Source: Antechinus flavipes
Lineage: Eukaryota
Direction: 5' to 3'
Length of the DNA: 64,000 bases
Assembly: GCF_016432865.1 (NCBI RefSeq)
Contig: NC_067402.1
Location: 90,706,001-90,770,000 of the forward strand
A model generated the notes under the pieces. It made no database searches. It had not been told where the DNA came from and saw nothing but the letters and a program-made list of their open reading frames with translations. The translations under genes and the position numbers were made by a program. How positions within the stretch are numbered: position 1 is the stretch's first letter; the number at the start of each line of letters is the position of its first letter. Of this stretch, positions 11,201 to 42,878 are shown in pieces.

Positions 11201-14200
11201 GAGAACTCTGAATGACTTGGAGTTACATTTTCCTTGATGGGAGGAGTTTCTATTTTGGGAGTTCCTCACACTGATGAAATCACAGGTCTTAACTACCACT
11301 TGCTCCTCCCCTAGATAGCCGGCTCCTGAATGGTCCTTTTTTGTATTTCTCATAGCTCTAAATACTGGGTTGGGCAAATAGTAGGCATTTAATAAATATT
11401 TGTTGGATGAATGGATTCTTATCAGAGTTATGAGAAATCCTTGCTGGGTTCAGAATAGGATCTGATGGGAGTGGTGTTTTAGGAAGGTCAGTCTGGGGGC
11501 TGAGTGGAATTTGAGGACAAGAGACTGGAAGGAAAAAGCCAATTTTATGGTTGTTGAAATGGTCCAGATGCACATGATGAAGATCTAGATTAATGTGGAA
11601 GGGAGCGTCTCTTTTTTTTCAAGAAGTCAAGAAACTATTTCTCTGGATGGGTTTTTTTTGGGGGGGGGGAGGAAGAGGAAATAAAATTTTTGACTTCATT
11701 GGTATTAGGAGGAAGTGCTTCATTTCCTTTATCAAAGACTAGGGCATTAAGAGGTCAGCTTAACTGCCCAGAGTTGCACAACCAGGATGTGTTAAAAGAC
11801 AGCACTTGAATCCAGCACTTCTTGGTCCTGAGGCCTCCTTTCTAGATTGACCAGTAATCACTGAGCCGGGCACTAGGGGTGATCCTTTGTGTAAAACATG
11901 CATGTGCTCTTGGGACTCAGTCTGGGTCGGAGGACAGAACATGACAGGTATGAGAAGTTCACCTAAAAACAAAAAGGGCAAGGGGTCAAACAGCTTGACG
12001 TGATTTATAATCTGATGAGCTGCATAGACAATGAAGATTATAAGAGTTCAGAAGAGGACGGAGAGGAAGGATGATATGGTAGGTCTGATGACAGACTGGA
12101 AGTAAGGGTTACAGAAAAAGAGAATTCTGGTGCCTGAAGCTGTGAGCCTGAGGGGCCGAGAGGAGACCAAGCTCCAAGACACAGAGCTGAGGCTTGGGGC
12201 AGCAAGAGGGCATGAGTTCCCTCTCAAGCCACTGTCTCCCAGAGGGGGCGCGGCCCACATTTACGTAGTGGTCATCAAGGGGGGGAGCCTTTGGGGTACG
12301 GTCCTTCCCAGGAATCACTCCTTTTCCCTCTTCCTTCAGGAGGACCTCAGCAAGGTGTCCTGGGCTGAGGTCCAGTCTCGCCTCCTGGCCCTGCAGCGTG
12401 GGGGGGGCCTGTGCGTGCTGCCGCGGCCCTTGACCGAGCTCGATGTTCACCACCGCATCCTGCGCTACCCCAACTACCTGGTGGCCCTGGCCAACAAGGG
12501 CCTGTTGCCAGCCCGCTGCCCCCTACCCTGGGGGGGCAGCGCCACTTTCCTCAGCCAGGGACTGGCCCTCAATCTCGATCTGCTCCTGTTCCGGGGCCCG
12601 ATCTCTCTCTTCCGGGGGGGCTGGGCATTGTCCAGTCCCTACAAGCGGAACTGTCAGAGGCGGACGCTCGCCACCCGCCTCCGCCGGACTCTGTTGCTGC
12701 TGGCCCTGGCCAACCTGGCTCTCTGCCCGCTGGTGCTGGCTTGGCAGGGCTTACATGCCTTCTTCAGCCACACGGAACTGCTGCGCCGGGAGCCGGGGGC
12801 GCTGGGGACGCGGCGCTGGTCCCGCCTGGCCCACCTGCAGCTGCGCCACTTTAACGAGCTGCCCCACGAGCTCCGCGCCCGTTTGGCCCGCGCCTACCGC
12901 CCTGCTGCCCGCTTTTTGCGGGCTGCCGCCCCCCCGGCCCCACTCTCGGCCCTGCTGGCCCGCCATGCTGGTTTCTTTGCCGGTGCCTTGCTTGCTGTCC
13001 TGTTGGTGCTCACGGTGTATGACGAGGATGTGCTGGCTGTAGAACATGTGCTGACCGCCATGACAGGGCTGGGGTTGGCGCTGACTGTGGCCAGGTCAGC
13101 ACATGGGGCACCGCCCTCCTGCCTTGGGGGTCCCAGGGCAGAAATCTTCACCTCTCCTTCTTAGATAAATACCCAGGGAAACATGTCCATCCTTTCATTC
13201 CGTTCTCTCCACTTCTAAGTGTCATACAGTTCTAGAGCTTGGAAGGGACTTGGGAGAGCATCTAGTTCTCCTATTTTACAGGGAGGGAATGAAGACCCAG
13301 AAAGGGCAAATGACTCACCTGCTCATGGCCACAGAGGGAGTGGGCAACAGTGTTAAGACCAGGACATAAATCTCTTGTCTTGAAGGCCAGCTCTCTACCC
13401 ATCATCCTACCGCTTAACTCTCCCAGATACTTAAAATTCTGAGCTGACAGGGACTGGAAAACCACCCAATCCCCTAATTTTATAGAAGAGGGAAGTGAGG
13501 CGCTTGCTCAAGGACAGCTTGTGAGGGACGGCCAGAAGCAGAAAACCCTCCTGCTTTTTGCCCCATGGCTCTCCTCTTCCTCCAGGTGCTTCATCCCCGA
13601 GGAGGAGCTGGTGGGCCGCTCCCCAAAGTCCCTGCTGCAGGCCGCTCTTGCTCACATGCATTACCTCCCGGAAGAGCCGGGACTCACCCGGGAAGCCAGC
13701 ACTCACCACCAGATGTCGCAGCTCTTGCAGTACAAGGCAGTGAGTGAGCGCAGCTGGCTCTGGAACGTGGTCAGACCACCGGGCCTGGTCAAGGCGGGGA
13801 TCTGTGGGAGCAGCTGTGGGACCTGACTCCGTAAGGGCATCCCAGGCTTCTCAGGGCTCTCTGGCGGGGGAGCCGTTTGGCCTTAGTGGCTTCTACTCTG
13901 CAGTGCCATCTTGGCTGGGTTGGGGAATTCTTTTATCCACAGGTCTTACGCCATTCTCTCCCCAGATAGCCCTTCTGGGGGGTTCCCCCATTTTATTTCC
14001 CCTAGGTGTCTCTCCTAGAGGAGCTCCTCTCTCCAGTCCTCACCCCGCTCGCCCTCCTCTTCTGGTTTCGCCCTCGTGCCTTGGAGTTCATTGATTTTTT
14101 TCGGCACTTCACTGTGGATGTGGCTGGCGTTGGGGATGTCTGTTCCTTTGCTCTCATGGATGTGAGACGCCACGGCCATCCCCAGGTTAGATCCCCTCTC

Positions 14201-16464
14201 CCATCCTTCTTCCTGACTCTCCCTTTCTCTCTGTTAGACTTAGGAGATAGGGGCCCTAGGGGGCCAAGGTAGTATCCAAGAATGGGGAGCAAATACAGGC
14301 AATAATGTTGTTGTCAGGTATTTCAGGATAGGAGCAGAGTCACTTCCAAGGTGCGGGTATGTGTGAGGCAGAAACAAATTCCATATTTAGAAGCATGGTG
14401 ATGTAGTAGACCTAATCAAGACAGTAGTCCTGGGCTCTAATTGTGTGACTTGGAGCAGGCTGCTTAATCTCTTCCAGAACTAATATCTTGATTTATTTAA
14501 TAATAGTAATGACTTGGAGGTAGGTGCTATAATTATTCCCATTTTACAGTTGAGAAAACTGAGGCACACAGGTTAAGTGATTTGAACTCGGGTCTTCCTT
14601 ATTCCATATCTGGTGTCTTATCCACTGTGTATGTAGCTGTATAGTATAGTCTTTGTCCACCTACTTCACAAGATTCTCTTGAAGATCAAATGATGATTAT
14701 CAAAGTGTTTTGAAAAGCACCCAGGAGATTGGTAAGTGCAATATAGTGGGCAGAGAGCTGGCTTTCCTGTCTGGAAGATGTACTGCTATTGCTTCTGACA
14801 TATCCATGCCCCGGGTGAGTGCCCCAGGCCCCTATCTCGGGTTGGCTGTGAATCGTGGAGCCCAGGGAAGTCTGTGTCTGCCAAACAACAGCCTTCACAT
14901 AATGGCTTATGATTTCCCCAGTGGCTCTCGGCAGGACAGACGGAGGCCTCGGTGTCCCAGCGTGCAGAAGGGGGGAAGACAGAGCTCTCCTTGATGCGTT
15001 TTTCACTGGCTCACCCCCGCTGGCGACCTCCTGGGCACAGCTCACGATTCTTGGAGCAGCTTCGGGGCCGGGTACAACAGGATGCGGCTCTCTGGGCTAC
15101 TACTCCAGTCCGGTCTCCCCCCACACCCGGTCACGGTCCCAGCTTTCTCAGCGACTCCATGTCCTCAGTGAGTCCCTCCCACCCCCAGAATCTTCCCCAC
15201 CCTGGAGATCTTCACAGTCCGTCCCCAACCCCGCCGGCTCCCTCCTCGCCCCTTGTGTCCCGGAGCCTGTTAGCCTATCCTCTCCTGTGGAAATTCACCG
15301 ACTTTCCGACCCTGACCTCCCCAAGCACTCTCCCTTTCCTCTTGCCTGCAGCCCGAGGCACTCCTGGCCAGCCTGATGTTGCATCCCCTTCTGCCACCCC
15401 GGGATCTGAGTCCAGTTGCTCCCTGCCCAGCTGCTGCAACTGCCAGCCTCTTGGCCTCTCTCTCAGGTTCCACGTCACAGGCTGGCCACGACCCAAGGTG
15501 GGGATGGGTGCAAAGGATGGGGTGGGTTGGGGGAATCAGGGTGGAACCATGAGGGGGCACAGAGACACCTAGGGGAAATCCTGATCTTTGGGGGAGAGCC
15601 TGGGGAGGATGGGGAAGGGTGTGACCCTGAAATAATCACTGTGGGGAGGTCAAAGCCCACTGGGCTGGGGATGCTGTTTGGAGGTGGCAGAGCATACTTC
15701 TGACCCGCCCAGCTGCCGGTTGTAGTTGTGTCTCTCCAGGGGGTGCAGGGGTCCGGAACCCCGCCCTGCTTTCTGAGCTTGCCTCTGCTGAGATGAGTCT
15801 TCATGCCATCTACCTGCATCAGGTGAGCTGGTCCGGAGAGCAGGGCGTGTGTGTGTGGGGGAGTGACTAACATTGATGAAGGAGGTGGGGAATCACAACT
15901 GCCCTCTACCCCGAAGAGTCGAGCCTCTGGGCTTGAAGGGTGAGGGCAAGAAAAGAGCCCACCGGTGGTGGTGCTCACGGCTTCCCCCCATCACTCAGCT
16001 CCACGAGCAGCAGCAGCAAGAGCAGTGGGGGGAAACTTCAGCCACGCCGCTCCCGAGGCTCTGGCCCAGCCCCCAGAGGCCACTCACCCCTGAAGATGAG
16101 ACCCTGACCTGGCACAGTGATGGTAAGACCCCAGCCATTGGGAAGGGATTGGGAAAGGAGGAAGCGTCATGAGACAGTGGTAAGAGTCTGAGGCTCTGGC
16201 TTCTAATCCTGTCTGTTGCTTATTACATCACCTCTATGGGTCTGTTTCCCTGTCTGTGCAATGAAGGCTAGATTGATTCTGAGATCCTTCTGAATTCTGT
16301 AGGACTGGTGGCTTCTCTTCCCAGGTACCAGCCCTGCCTCTAGCTCCAGCTCCAGCCCCAGACAACAATGGGGGCCCAAGGGAGCCAGTAATCTACCCCT
16401 TGGGGGGTGGCAAGAAGAGGGCAGTGTTCAGAAGGAGCCAGAGCTCAATCCCAGCAGTGGCTGA
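8206..16464 (+). CDS. ATG9B: Autophagy-related protein 9B (lipid scramblase), complete, 13 coding exons, 942 aa
   Basis: Exons (plus): 8206-8752, 9100-9143, 9379-9443, 9674-9862, 10276-10417, 12340-13094, 13586-13739, 14006-14185, 14922-15167, 15352-15497, 15726-15822, 15999-16122, 16325-16464 (TGA). Total 2829 nt with an open frame. Motifs MVRRMGWGG, EQDYERLEDCDP, WHHIQNLDSFFTK, LRHFNELPHEL, VYDEDVLAVEHVLT, AEGGKTELSLMRF, EMSLHAIYLHQ match ATG9B. Intron 2 is AT-AC; all others are GT-AG. Confidence 0.96.
9144..9378 (+). other. ATG9B: U12-type (minor spliceosome) AT-AC intron 2 of ATG9B
   Basis: 5' end ATATCTT at 9144, branch site TTCCTTGAT at 9359-9367, 3' end TAC at 9376-9378. Removal joins FFTK to LYNYHQRNGF in frame. 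Confidence 0.88.
14395..14630. mobile_element. MIR/CORE-SINE fragments in ATG9B intron 8 (representative of many MIR-like remnants, e.g. near 5000, 10930, 13230, 21090, 26800, 42300, 47450, 61790)
   Basis: CORE motif ccattttacagttgagaaaactgaggcaca and related variants recur across the window. Confidence 0.6.
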
Positions 16465-17240
16465 GAAGTCAAGCAATGTGGTCAGTATTGTCTGGGGTGG
16501 GAAAGAGAGAGAAATGAATAGTTAATGGAAAGGGGGTGGTGTGGTGGGGATTAAGAGGACCAGGATAGGCAGACTAATTGGGGTGTGGGGGGGCGATAGG
16601 GCAAGGGAGGTTTTCTCTGGATTTGGGGCAACTGGACACCTGCCACACACACCATCTTTTCCTTTCCCAGATTCTCCATCCCAGTTGGCTGATCGAGGTT
16701 GGGAAGACAATTAGCCTTCACCTGCTGGCTCTTATGCAAGTCATCATAATTCAGACCAGGGGCTGAGCCTTAGTGGAAGCTGGCAGGCCCTTGGGGGTGG
16801 TGGGAAGTCTTGAGCTAGCCCCAGAGAACCGAAGTGAGGATGTGTGGGGGGTGGGCCCATGGGGAAACACTGGGGGCATCCCTTTACACAAGATGAAAGG
16901 AGGGGGAGCAGTTGATCCCTCATCAGCACCAGACCAATGACACCCTAATGCCAGCAGTGAGACAGGAGAAACCCCACATTCATTACCATCAGTCCCTCTT
17001 TGAAGGAGCGATCACAGAGCAGGGTCATTCATGATGGTATGCGTGACTGGAATTAAATTGGCTGGCAGTAATCAGACACTAGCCATAAGGGAAGGGATAT
17101 CAAGCTAAGGAGCCGCCTTTTCTTTCGGTTCCCTCCGAATTGGATGGCACTCAGTATGGGGGGTAGGTGGGAAGGGGAGAATTGGTTTTGGGCAGACCCC
17201 TGCTCTTGGAAGTTTGTGAGGGGCAGGGGGCTACCTCTGG

Positions 17241-17246
17241 AATAAA
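17241..17246 (+). terminator. Candidate ATG9B polyadenylation signal AATAAA
   Basis: First canonical AATAAA I saw downstream of the ATG9B stop codon (16464). Confidence 0.45.
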
Positions 17247-17748
17247 GCACCAAAGACCGCTGTTACCTGTCTGTGACTCTGTGTCCCCGTCCCCAGCTCG
17301 GAAAGGAAACCCACGGAGCCTAGCAGTAGTGGCCACATCCGGGGCTTTTATGGGGCCCTGAATGCTGCTATCTCCAGCCTCTCATGGGAGACAGCCTGTG
17401 TTCTAGAGCGACGTGGGGCTGAAAAGAAAAATATGCCTGGAGAAAGGGAGGGCAAGACCTGTGGTCTCCAGGTGGAGATGACGCCTAAGCCGGAAGGGGA
17501 CATAAGATGGCCCACTTAGGACAGCCCCCTCGTGGTGGAGAACGAGCACCCCAGGTTCCGTGGCAGGCAAGCGGAGGAGCTGGGCCTTGGGGCTGGGAGT
17601 CTTCCCGTGGAAAGCAGGGGAGGCAGGCGCGTCACGGGCTGCACCGGGACCCCCTTCCCCCCAAACAGAGCCGGCGTTTCCAGGCCAGGCTCCCCATTAG
17701 CCCGGGATTCGGGAGTAAAGCCGAGGCGGAGCTATCAAAACTAGAGAC

Positions 17749-17754
17749 TTTAAT
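17749..17754 (-). terminator. Candidate NOS3 polyadenylation signal ATTAAA
   Basis: Plus-strand TTTAAT, about 30 nt past the NOS3 stop. It is the only A(A/T)TAAA hexamer I found on minus between the two stop codons. Confidence 0.3.
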
Positions 17755-17785
17755 GCGAGCGGGCGGCCCAGCAGGCTCCGGGCCC

Positions 17786-36812
<19,027 letters not shown>

Positions 36813-37100
36813 GTTGGCAGTTCAGAGACTAGGCAGCTCTGAGCTAAGGACCGGCCTTTTCCTTAGGAAACAGAGAAGGGAGGGGGACGGCGGGGAGGGG
36901 ACTGGCCTGGGGGGAACCGGGGGTTGGCAGCTAGGCCCTGGGCCCCACCCCCGCCCCCACACACAATGGGACAGGAACAGCTCAGCTGGGAGGCAGTAAA
37001 GGCCACAGGCCCCACACCCTCCAAGAGGGGTGGGGGACCCGGACACCGAGGTTCCGTTTGGAGCCTGTTAGCCTTGCTGGCTGATAAGTGGGAACCCAGG
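36813..37100 (-). promoter_or_regulatory. NOS3 proximal promoter
   Basis: Directly upstream of the ATG. TTCCTAAGGAA element at 36859-36869, GC box at 36949-36958, SOX-type CATTGT at 36963-36968, GATA site CCCACTTATCAGCC (core 37082-37087). Order matches my recollection of the human eNOS promoter. Confidence 0.75.
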
Positions 37101-38114
37101 TGTCCTGACCTTGGGAACTGGAACAAGCACTGAGCATAGGGATGGGGTGCTGGGCGGAGAGGGTGCCCAGCAGAATGGTGGATCAGAGTAAGGATCCAGG
37201 CCCTTAAAGATAAACGCAGTTCCGCAATAGGAGTCAGATAACCGGGTTCCTGGCTTTGAACTTGGAAATCTTGCCTTGACATAAGCTTAGGAACATAGGA
37301 TTGAAAAATTCAGGAGGAAACTTGAAGATAATCTTATCCCTCACTCTCATTTATGGATGATAAAAAATGAGACGCAGAATGCTTGAGCGAAATGGCCAAC
37401 CGGGCTCCAGAGCTAGGGCTTGGTTCGCCCCTTCACGTACATCTTAGTTTTTTTTTTTTCCCCAGCCCTGATTAAACAGAGGATCAAAAATGTTAGTCTG
37501 AGCTTAAGAGTTAGCAGCAAGTAAAACAGAATGAGGTTGATGGAAGGGACTAGAGATCTGAGATCATCTTTGCTGTGTTGCTCAAATTTACTATTTCAGG
37601 GGCTTCAGGAGCCTGGGGCTGTAGCAGGGTGGAAGCTCAATCTGGGGCCATAGAATCATTCAAAGATGCTGCCCCTTGACTTAGGTTCAGGGAAACCCCA
37701 CCTTCCCTTCCCAGCCTCAATTTCCTGGCACTCCCCCTTCCTACCTCCTATGAATCAAGGTGGGGACACAAAGAAGCAGGAAGCTTCCTCGGCCCCACCA
37801 CCCCATCAGCCTCTGGTGCATGTGGTCTCAAGGGAGCAGGACCATAGTGGAGTGAGATGGAAACTGCCCATTGGGGAAGACCTAAAATCCCTTTGATAGT
37901 GTGGACACAGGATGAGGTGGATAGACTACAATCCCCAGAATACCTAGTTGTCCATATAGGTTATCTTGATGCTTCCCAGGTGATATAGCATGTAAGGACT
38001 TGTAGTTCTGGAGTAATCTTGGTCCCTGAGCAAGGAAGCTTCAGGGGACAGAGTTTATCTTTTCCTTTGAGCATCTGGCTTCAGAGATAGAGAGATGGAT
38101 GACCGAAGGAAGGA

Positions 38115-38120
<6 letters not shown>

Positions 38121-38181
<61 letters not shown>

Positions 38182-38200
38182 GAGACAGAGAGAGACAGAG
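38121..38200. repeat. (GA)n microsatellite
   Basis: Interrupted GA/GACA run. Confidence 0.9.
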
Positions 38201-38289
38201 TTAAAAAAAAAAGGATGTATGGAAAAATATTTTAGTCTGGGACAGGAAAAGACAAGCAAAGGCAGGAACTGAAACATTTTTATTGGAAG

Positions 38290-38900
38290 CATTGTTGAAA
38301 ATGTGGAGGTCAATGTATAGGAAGAATGATAGGGTAAACTTTTGTGAATTTAAGAGGATGTTAACTTTCAAAATTTTTATTTGTTTTTTATTCTGAACAT
38401 AACAAACCAAATAAAATGAGCATTCCCATATACAAGGTAAAATAAAAAGATTTGTAGATGAAACTATTTATTTCATATTGGATATAGTTTGTTTTTCCTT
38501 TTAAGTATATAATGAATTAGACATATAACTTTCTTTTTACAATTTAAATTTATTTTGTTCAATTAAAAAAAATCTATTTTTTTCTCCCTTTCACTTCCCT
38601 TTTCCTCTCTCCTAAAAAAAAAAAAAAGAAAAAAAAATGCAATTCTTGCAACAATTATGTATTGTCAAAGAATATGAATTTTCATTTGGCCAGGTCCAAA
38701 AACCGTGTCTCCTTCTGCACGCTGAGTGCATCACGTCTGTCACGAGGTAACTAGCATTCTACAAATATTTCCTCTTTCTTTGACCTCTTGTGAGTATAGG
38801 CCTAGCAGGAGCATTGTTGGGTCAAAGGGAATACAAAGTTGAGTAATCTTTGGGGAACAGTTCCAAAATGCTTTCCAGGAGAACTTGAACAATTTAAACT
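38290..38900 (-). mobile_element. Degenerate LINE-1-derived sequence
   Basis: AT-rich, with L1-like segments (agcattgttgggtcaaaggg, aattgctttccag-like). Boundaries are approximate. Confidence 0.4.
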
Positions 38901-38989
38901 TGTAGCTTTCAAAGCTGTCCTGCTTGTCTATATTTCCTTTGAACTTTTAAAAAAATTCTCTTTTGTACGTTAAAAAAAGTTTTAGTGAC

Positions 38990-39271
38990 NNNNNNNNNNN
39001 NNNNNNNNNNNNNNNNNNNNNNNNNNNNNNNNNNNNNNNNNNNNNNNNNNNNNNNNNNNNNNNNNNNNNNNNNNNNNNNNNNNNNNNNNNNNNNNNNNNN
39101 NNNNNNNNNNNNNNNNNNNNNNNNNNNNNNNNNNNNNNNNNNNNNNNNNNNNNNNNNNNNNNNNNNNNNNNNNNNNNNNNNNNNNNNNNNNNNNNNNNNN
39201 NNNNNNNNNNNNNNNNNNNNNNNNNNNNNNNNNNNNNNNNNNNNNNNNNNNNNNNNNNNNNNNNNNNNNNN
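38990..39271. other. Assembly gap
   Basis: Run of N. Confidence 0.99.
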
Positions 39272-39924
39272 GATCTAGGACATTAAAACCGGAGGGAACA
39301 GTGACAAGTTGTATAGTTAGATTTGATGTTAAGAAGATGGAGGGAAGTGTGTTTGGAGAGCAATTCAGAATAATATAGGACCCTAAGATTTAGAGGGCAC
39401 TGGATTCCTTTCATACTAATTAAACATGTAGCCAAATGGCAGAGTGGAGAGAATATTGTACCTGAAATTAGGAAGATCAGATCTTATATTTTGTCACAAA
39501 GTCTTAGTAGTTGGGTGATCCTGGGCAATCACTTAACTTCTATGGGGATAATTACCACCCCACTAGGATTATTTTGAGGACCAAATGAGATGATATATGT
39601 AAAGGGCTTTGAAAACTTTGAAGTATAATATATATGTTATTTTTATTATTCCTATTTTATAGGTGAGAAAAATGAGATCCCAGGACATTTTGTGATTTAT
39701 CTAAGAAGGGCAGAGCCAAGACTTCTGACCAGAAATTCTACCACACCATGTTATCTCTGGGAAAGGAAAGGAAGAATGATGCAATTAAGATTGGTAATGA
39801 GCTAGGAATGGGGCCTAGCCAAGGCCAGACTAAGTAGGTGGGGAGAACATGTAGGGGTATGATAAAAATAAATGGATTAGGATTAAAAGCTCAAAGTTCA
39901 GTCTGGATGTTGAAACGTAGAGAA

Positions 39925-40063
39925 GGGGAAGCTAGATGGCACAGGGGATAGAGCATGGGTTCTGGAGGCAGGAGGACCTGAGTTCAAATGTGAAGTGAGA
40001 TAGTAGCTATAAAGACCCTGGGTAAAAAAACCAAAGCCTGATTACCTTCAAAAAAAGAAAAAA
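39925..40063 (+). mobile_element. Degenerate WSINE1-like SINE
   Basis: ggggaagctagatggcacag...gaggacctgagttcaaat (A/B boxes) followed by an A-rich tail. Confidence 0.65.
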
Positions 40064-40238
40064 GGTAAAAGATAGGACTTTTGATCTCACTTTTTCAATA
40101 GTCAGAGATCATTATCAATTCATCCATAACCTACATTGACGTCTAAGTGGGACCAGATTGCCCTTGATCTGTTCCCTTAAAAAGCCTGTTCTCAGGAGGG
40201 ACCCAGGGCATAGATGTAGCATTAATAACATATACAAA

Positions 40239-40870
40239 AGCAGCCCTGTTTGTAGTGGCTAGAAACTGGAAAATGAATGGATGCCCATCAATTGGAGAAT
40301 GGCTGGATAAATTGTGGTATATGAATGTTATGGAATATTATTGCTCTGTAAGGAATGACCAGCAGGATGAATACAGAGAGGCTTGGAGAGACCTACATGG
40401 ACTGATGCTAAGTGAGATGAGCAGAACCAGGAGATCATTATACACTTCGACAACGATATTGTATGAGGATGTATTCTGATGGAAGTGGATTTCTCTGACA
40501 AAGAGACTTAACTGAGTTTCATTGGAGAAATGATGGACAGAAACAGCTACACCCAAAGAAGGAATACTGGGAAATGAATGTGAACTATTTGCATTTTTGA
40601 TTTTCTTCCCGAGTTATTTTTACCTTCTGAATCCAATTCTCCCTGTGCAGCAGGAGAACTGTTCGGTTCTGCAAATATGTATTGTATCTAGGATATACTG
40701 CAACATATTTAACATATATAGGACTGATTGCCATCTTGGGGGGGGGAGGAGGAAGGGAGGGGAAAAAACGAAACATAAGTGATTGCAAGGGATAATGTCG
40801 TGTAAAAATTATCCTGGCATGGATTCTGTCAATACAAAGTTATTATTAAATAAAATAAAATTTAAAAAAA
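40239..40870 (+). mobile_element. 5'-truncated LINE-1 (ORF2 C-terminus, 3' UTR, poly-A) with a 15-bp TSD
   Basis: Encodes AALFVVARNWKMNGCPSIGEWLDKLWYMNVMEYY (L1 ORF2 C-terminus). G-rich 3' UTR and A-tail. TSD AATAACATATACAAA at 40224-40238 and 40871-40885. Confidence 0.92.
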
Positions 40871-41849
40871 AATAACATATACAAAGAACTTCTTCACTAG
40901 TTAGACCTGGTGTAAATCAGTATGTTTACACAATTGTGATTGGGATGGCGCCTTCATTTTTGAGTATCTCTCCCCCTTCCAAAAGTCATCTCTTTCGAGA
41001 AAGAATGAAAAAGAAAGAAGAAAAATTCATTTTGGCAAAAACCAGACAAAGCATAGGATTACAGGTCCAGAGCTGGAAGGATATTCATTCTCTTCCTCCC
41101 CCTAACCCCAACATTTTATAGAAGAATCATCTGTGAAGAAACGAACTGTGCTTGACAGTATACTCAGTATTCCAAACCCTTAGGACCCCACCTCTGCAAT
41201 GGAGGGAGGGAGGTGCATTTTCTCAACTCTGCTCTGTAGCCAAGTTTTAACCAGGATGTTGTGTGACATTCTGCCTTTAAGACAGATAAGCTGTTGCCAA
41301 GAAAAGGAGCTTGTATGGGGTTGTATATTTTCTTTAAAGAACAAAGCACAACAGAGACTTGTTCGGGTTTCAGTCCACATTCATGCCCACACCTTCCCCA
41401 CCTTCCGTTGCAGTCCCTTTCTAAGACTGTTGATGTTCTGAACCATGATGGTGTAGGAGTTTTGGCCATCAATGAGTCATTCATTGCACCACAGCCACCG
41501 GACTCTGCAGCAACAAGGCTTATTATCCTTAGTGAACTAACTTTGGGGATAAACTGTCAGGAAAATTGTTTTTGTTTCTTGGTGATGTGGAGGATTTTAG
41601 TGGTAGAGGATTGCTCTTTCTGGATTTTTACTCCCTTATCCCTTAGGCTTTTTGTTTCCCTAAGAGTGAGCTTGTGATCATAGAACAGATGAATGAAATT
41701 GGGAAAAGGGTCTCATTTCTTTGGGATATAGTTTGAGAAGGGCTACTCTGTAACGAAAAGATGTTCTTTTTGTTAGGGCTCATGTGGGCAAATGCTTTGG
41801 CGTGGACTCCTACTTTGTCAAATGTCAATCGAAACAAGATGGTTTTTTG

Positions 41850-42240
41850 TAGTAACTTTTTATCTTTCAAAATACACGCAAAGATAGTTCACCCTTGCAA
41901 AACCTTGTATTCCACATTTTCTCCCTCTCTCCTCACTTCTCCCCTTCCCTAGACAGCAAATAATCCAATGGGTTAAACGTGTACAACTTTTATAGACATA
42001 TTTCCACATTTACCATGCTGCATGAGAAAAATCAGATCAAAAAGGAAAAAAAATATGAAGAGAATCCCTGCCCCCGCAAACAAATAACAACAAAGGTGAA
42101 AATACTATGTTGTGATCCACATATAGTCCCCACAGTAGGATATAGATGTAGGAGGCTCTCTTCATCACAAGTCTATTGGAATTGGCCTGAAATACCACAT
42201 TGTTGAAAAGAGTCAAGTCCATCACAGTTGATCAGGAAGA
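41850..42240 (-). mobile_element. Older LINE-1 3'-end fragment
   Basis: Reverse complement resembles marsupial L1 3' UTR (ccttgcaaaaccttgtattccac...ccctagacagcaaataatccaat). Boundaries are approximate. Confidence 0.6.
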
Positions 42241-42878
42241 TAGAGTCTTTTATGGGCACTTACAGATGTATGGAACATTAAATTGAGACATCAGAGGTTA
42301 TCCAGTTTAACCTCATTCATTTTAAACATGAGAAAACTGAGGTCAAAATTTGCCCAAGATCACAGTTACTAAATGGCAGAGCCAGGACTTTTTCCATTAT
42401 CTCATGTTGTCTCTCTTCTAATTAACTTACCCAGGTGTATTGCTTTTAAATTGATATTCCCTTTTCCCTTGCAAAGAAATGTTCTTGCTTATGCCCAAGA
42501 GAATCTCTAATTACTTCTCTCTTCTCTTGATGTTGCCATAAAATATCTGAGTATGGCATCAACTTCCCCTTTCTCTCCTCAACTCTATTTATTGCATTCT
42601 ACAGACCCCAAGTGAGAGTGGGTTTTCCAGGATTTACTTACAAAGGGAAAGAGAATATATAAATTTGGAAATAAGACATAGTAAGGTAATTAGAAATGCA
42701 AAGGAAAACAAATCAGTCTCATACTTATTATTTTTATATCTCCCTTTGCAAAAGAGTCACTCATTGTAACACACACAGAGACAGAGACAGAGAGAGTGTG
42801 TGGGGAGGAGGTAGAAATCTAATCAATCCATCAACTGAGGATGTGATTTTCCCCATCTATTGTTTCCCACTTCTGCAA

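Noticed and set aside
12411-13151. Alternative-frame and antisense ORFs over ATG9B exon 6
   Set aside because: These are by-products of a GC-rich coding exon; only the frame of 12340-13094 is homologous.
15711-15712. Upstream AG 13 nt before the ATG9B exon 11 acceptor, whose use would give an immediate stop
   Set aside because: It is only about 9 nt from the likely branch A (ctgac, 15703), too close for normal use. The AG at 15724-15725 restores homology.
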